From the NCBI GenBank assembly GCA_021443405.1, contig JABUUA010000002.1, positions 1 to 39,946 of the forward strand: a stretch of DNA of 39,946 nt, in the 5' to 3' direction. Origin of the DNA: Bacteroidaceae bacterium. GTDB lineage: Bacteria; Bacteroidota; Bacteroidia; Bacteroidales; Bacteroidaceae. The position numbers were made by a program, and so were the translations under genes. The notes below the pieces were generated by a model that saw only the letters and a list, made by a program, of their open reading frames with translations, had not been told where the DNA came from and did no database searches. Shown here piece by piece: positions 37,050-39,946 of this stretch (the stretch's first letter is position 1; each line of letters starts with the position of its first letter).

Positions 37050-38216
37050 TTAGAACAGCGTGTTCTCGATGATTTTACCCATCTGCCAAACGCAGCGAAT
37101 ATCGAGTTTCTCGTCGAGAATCAGGATGTCGGCGTCCTTGCCACGCTGGAGCGTACCCTTACGGTCGTCCACGTGCATGATGTGCGACGGCGTCTCGCTG
37201 CACATGCGAACAGCGTCTTCCAAGGGAATCTCAGCCTGTTTCACCGCCACTTGTATCAGTCGGTCGGTCGTTGCTATCGAGCCGGCGAGGGCGGAACGGT
37301 CTGACAATTTGCACACGCCATTCTCGATTACCACGCGCGGGTCAAAGGCCTGTGCCTCCGTATTCTCGCAAGCGGCCACCGCCAGAGCGTCGGTAATGAG
37401 TGCCATGCGCTCCACGCCCTTGATTTTGTAGGCCATGCGCAAGATGGTGGGAGGCACGTGAATACCGTCGGACACGCACTCGATGGTCATGTCGTCAATC
37501 AGGTAAACGCTCTCCACCGTGCCCTCGTACTTATACTCACGCTTGTTGTGGAAGCCCGGCATGGCATTGTAGAAATGCGTCACGTGGGTGTAGCCGGCTT
37601 GGAAGGCGGCTTGCACGTCGCTGTATTCAGCGTGGGTGTGCGCAATACTGGGCAGGATGCCTTTCTCTGCACAGTAGCGCCCGAACTGTATGGCACCGGG
37701 CAACTCAGGGGCGGCGTCCCAGCGCTTGAGGCAAGGAGAGTTCTCCACGATGGGGATGTACTCGTTGGGGTCGGGGTCCTTTATCCACTCTGGCATCTGG
37801 GCGCCAGCCTTCAGGCGATTGAGGTAATGGCCCTCGAGGTGCAGACCGAGTATGGGTGAATTTTCTTCTTTCATCATGCGTTCGCACGTCTCCACCGCCT
37901 TCTGTATCATGGGAACAGTGCTACTGCTCAAGGTGGGGAATATGCTGGTGGTGCCGTGTTTGGCGTGTGACTCGCATGCAACACGGAAGGCTTCTTCGGT
38001 TCCTTCCTGGAAATCGCGACCGCCGCCGCCGTGCACGTGCATCTCGATGCCGCCCGGCACCACGTTCATGCCCTTGGCGTCGATGATGTGTGCGCCGATG
38101 ATGGCCAGGTCACAGTTGGTCACCTCCAAGATTTTACTATCGCGTAGGATGATGCTTCCGTTCTTCAGCCAACCTTGTGGCGTGAGAATGCGTCCGTTGA
38201 TAATCTGGGTCAACAT
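37050..38216 (-). CDS. nagA: N-acetylglucosamine-6-phosphate deacetylase.
   Basis: The start MLTQIINGRILTPQG is an ATG at 38216. Motifs GGIEMHVHGGGG, LGLHLEGHYLN, IAHTHAEY, THFYNAM and SDGIHV. Confidence 0.85.
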   Translation of the reverse strand: MLTQIINGRILTPQGWLKNGSIILRDSKILEVTNCDLAIIGAHIIDAKGMNVVPGGIEMHVHGGGGRDFQEGTEEAFRVACESHAKHGTTSIFPTLSSSTVPMIQKAVETCERMMKEENSPILGLHLEGHYLNRLKAGAQMPEWIKDPDPNEYIPIVENSPCLKRWDAAPELPGAIQFGRYCAEKGILPSIAHTHAEYSDVQAAFQAGYTHVTHFYNAMPGFHNKREYKYEGTVESVYLIDDMTIECVSDGIHVPPTILRMAYKIKGVERMALITDALAVAACENTEAQAFDPRVVIENGVCKLSDRSALAGSIATTDRLIQVAVKQAEIPLEDAVRMCSETPSHIMHVDDRKGTLQRGKDADILILDEKLDIRCVWQMGKIIENTLF

Positions 38217-38307
38217 AGTTTTTTGCCTTTTAAAGTGACTGGTTGACGGGCCGACAGCAGGCGCAACACCGCGGTGACGCCCACGCATCGGCCAGTCAGT
38301 CCATTGG

Positions 38308-39696
38308 TTATTTCGTCATGGCGTACACCACATCCATCACTTTCTTGCCTATCTCATCGGCCTCCTCCATCGTAGCCGCCTCGCTATAGACACGGATGAT
38401 AGGCTCGGTGTTCGACTTACGCAGGTGCACCCACTTGTCGGGGAAGTCAATCTTCACACCGTCGATATCGTTTACTTCCTGGTCGGCGTACAGTTCCTTC
38501 ACCTTGACTAAGATGGCGTCCACGTCGGTGTCAGGCGTGAGATCGATGCGATTCTTGGCAATCTGATAGGGGGGGTAAGTAGCACGCAGTTCGCTCGTCT
38601 TCAAGCCGCGCTTGGCCAGATAGGTAAGGATGAGGGCGATGCCCACGAGGGCGTCGCGACCATAGTGGGCAGCGGGATAGATGACACCGCCGTTGCCTTC
38701 GCCGCCAATCACGGCGCCCGTGTTCTTCATCAGCGTCACCACATTCACCTCGCCCACGGCCGAAGCGTTGTAGGTCTGACCGTACTTGCGGGTCACGTCA
38801 CGCAGAGCGCGGGTGCTGGACAGGTTGCTCACGGTGTTACCGGGCGTATGTTGCAGCACGTAGTCGGCCACGGTCACAAGGGTGTATTCCTCGCCGTACA
38901 TGGTGCCGTCCTCGCAGAAGAGAGCCAGACGGTCCACGTCGGGGTCCACCACGAACGCGATGTCGTGCTCACCTTTCTGCATCAAGGCCTTGATGTCGGC
39001 CAGATTCTTCTCCAAAGGCTCAGGGTTGTGCTGGAAGTCGCCAGTGGCCTCCGTAAACAGACCCGTCACCGTGGTCACGCCCAGTTGCTCCAGCAATTTG
39101 GGAAGGATGATGCCGCCCACTGAGTTCACTGCATCGAAGGCCACACGGAAATTCGCTTTCTTGATGGCTTCGACATCCACCAGTTCCAGCGCCTTCACCA
39201 TGTCGATGTGACGCTGGTCATAGGTAGTGTCCTCGCGGTAATGCCCGAGATGGTCCACATCGGCATACTCGAAATCCTCGGCTTCTGCAATGCGAAGCAC
39301 TTCCTCACCCTCGGCCTTATTCAGGAACTCACCTTTCTCATTGAGTAGTTTCAGGGCGTTCCACATGCGGGGGTTGTGCGAGGCCGTTATGATGATACCG
39401 CCGTCAGCCCCTTCCATCGTAACGGCGATTTCGGTGGTGGGAGTGCTGGCCAGACCGATGTTCACAACATCAAAGCCCATGCCCATAAGCGTTCCGCACA
39501 CGACGTTCTTCACCATTTCGCCACTGATACGCGCGTCACGGCCCACCACTATCTTGTTGCTCTTGACAGGACTGGTGCGACGAATGATAGTGGCATACGC
39601 CGACGTAAACTTCACGATGTCGAGAGGATTGAGGGTATCACCTGCGCGACCACCGATGGTGCCGCGGATACCTGAAATGGATTTAATCAGTGTCAT
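38308..39696 (-). CDS. glmM: Phosphoglucosamine mutase (alpha-D-phosphohexomutase family).
   Basis: The start MTLIKSISGIRGTIGG is an ATG at 39696. Active-site loop IIITASHNP. Four-domain length of 462 aa. Confidence 0.8.
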   Translation of the reverse strand: MTLIKSISGIRGTIGGRAGDTLNPLDIVKFTSAYATIIRRTSPVKSNKIVVGRDARISGEMVKNVVCGTLMGMGFDVVNIGLASTPTTEIAVTMEGADGGIIITASHNPRMWNALKLLNEKGEFLNKAEGEEVLRIAEAEDFEYADVDHLGHYREDTTYDQRHIDMVKALELVDVEAIKKANFRVAFDAVNSVGGIILPKLLEQLGVTTVTGLFTEATGDFQHNPEPLEKNLADIKALMQKGEHDIAFVVDPDVDRLALFCEDGTMYGEEYTLVTVADYVLQHTPGNTVSNLSSTRALRDVTRKYGQTYNASAVGEVNVVTLMKNTGAVIGGEGNGGVIYPAAHYGRDALVGIALILTYLAKRGLKTSELRATYPPYQIAKNRIDLTPDTDVDAILVKVKELYADQEVNDIDGVKIDFPDKWVHLRKSNTEPIIRVYSEAATMEEADEIGKKVMDVVYAMTK

Positions 39697-39717
39697 AATT
39701 TTTAAAAGTATATCATA

Positions 39718-39750
39718 CAAATTTAGGAATAATCCGAAGCAAATCACAAA
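39718..39750 (-). promoter_or_regulatory. Consensus Bacteroidota promoter for glmM-nagA.
   Basis: The minus strand reads TTTG (39747-39750)-N21-TAAATTTG (39718-39725), 22 nt upstream of the ATG at 39696. It lies inside the longer track ORF, which supports the shorter start. Confidence 0.55.
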
Positions 39751-39946
39751 AAATAGAGTACTTTTGCCGACCGATAAAAATTAAGCACATGCAGTTCTTC
39801 TGGACAGTTTCAACATATAGCCTTAAGCTCTGAGTAGCCTAATTCGTCACACTAGTGATTAACCAAGAAAGAATTTGGAATGATACCCTATCAGTTTGTT
39901 GCCGAAATAATGCTGTAATCGCGTGGTAAGCTGCGACGTCAACGCA

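Noticed and set aside
39839-39946. Two minus-strand frames remain open to the right edge: ...LFRQQTDRVSFQILSWLITSVTN* and ...LQHYFGNKLIGYHSKFFLG*.
   Set aside because: About 30 codons is too little to tell a gene's 3' end from chance, and nothing in either sequence is recognisable.
1-39946. Looked for rRNA, tRNA, tmRNA/RNase P/SRP signatures, CRISPR repeats, IS or transposase or integrase genes, toxin-antitoxin pairs and defence genes.
   Set aside because: I found none by eye. There is no periodic direct-repeat array, no cloverleaf-like segment in the intergenic regions, and no DDE or tyrosine-recombinase-like ORF. The absence of tuf after fusA is normal for Bacteroidota and is not a deletion.

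Overview
This is a chromosomal segment from a Bacteroidota genome, probably Prevotellaceae-like. The taxon call rests on four things: TTTG-N19-21-TAnnTTTG promoters, no Shine-Dalgarno sequences, T9SS C-terminal sorting domains, and no tuf after fusA.

(1) 26379->8337, minus strand. An uninterrupted ribosomal-protein superoperon of about 18 kb: rpsL-rpsG-fusA, rpsJ-rplC-D-W-B-rpsS-rplV-rpsC-rplP-rpmC-rpsQ, rplN-X-E-rpsN-rpsH-rplF-R-rpsE-rpmD-rplO-secY-map-infA-rpmJ, rpsM-K-D-rpoA-rplQ. I found rpmJ and rpmD by hand because they fall below the ORF-track size cutoff. A clear intrinsic terminator follows rplQ.

(2) 8186-><1, minus strand. A tightly packed four-gene operon of secreted proteins. Three carry near-identical T9SS C-terminal domains: a CxxC Omp28-like protein, an S8 subtilase and a YD-like repeat protein. 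The fourth is a beta-propeller/FN3 protein that runs off the left edge and is absent from the ORF track.

(3) 27041-32802, plus strand. Eight co-directional membrane-lipid genes form the most interesting part of the window. An AT-rich orphan polytopic protein, a decaprenyl-phosphate phosphoribosyltransferase-type UbiA enzyme, a HAD-IB phosphatase and an ArnE-like small flippase are followed, after an internal promoter, by PgpA-like, GtrA-like, PIP-synthase-like CDP-alcohol phosphatidyltransferase and Aur1-like PAP2 (inositol phosphorylceramide synthase type) genes. Together they look like a polyprenyl-phosphate-pentose donor module joined to an inositol-lipid module. That is the enzyme logic of mycobacterial PI-anchored lipoglycans, and I do not know it to be described in Bacteroidota.

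(4) 32803-33518. A consensus promoter with two hairpin/T-tract elements gives a candidate sRNA of about 100 nt. It sits in an unusually long non-coding spacer of about 715 bp between convergent genes.

(5) 33519-39696, minus strand. An Ala/Lys/Glu-rich lipoprotein, a CarboxypepD_reg/DUF5686-type outer-membrane protein, nagA and glmM.

I saw no rRNA, tRNA, CRISPR array, transposase or integrase. Several very long plus-strand ORFs in the track are antisense shadows of GC-rich genes.
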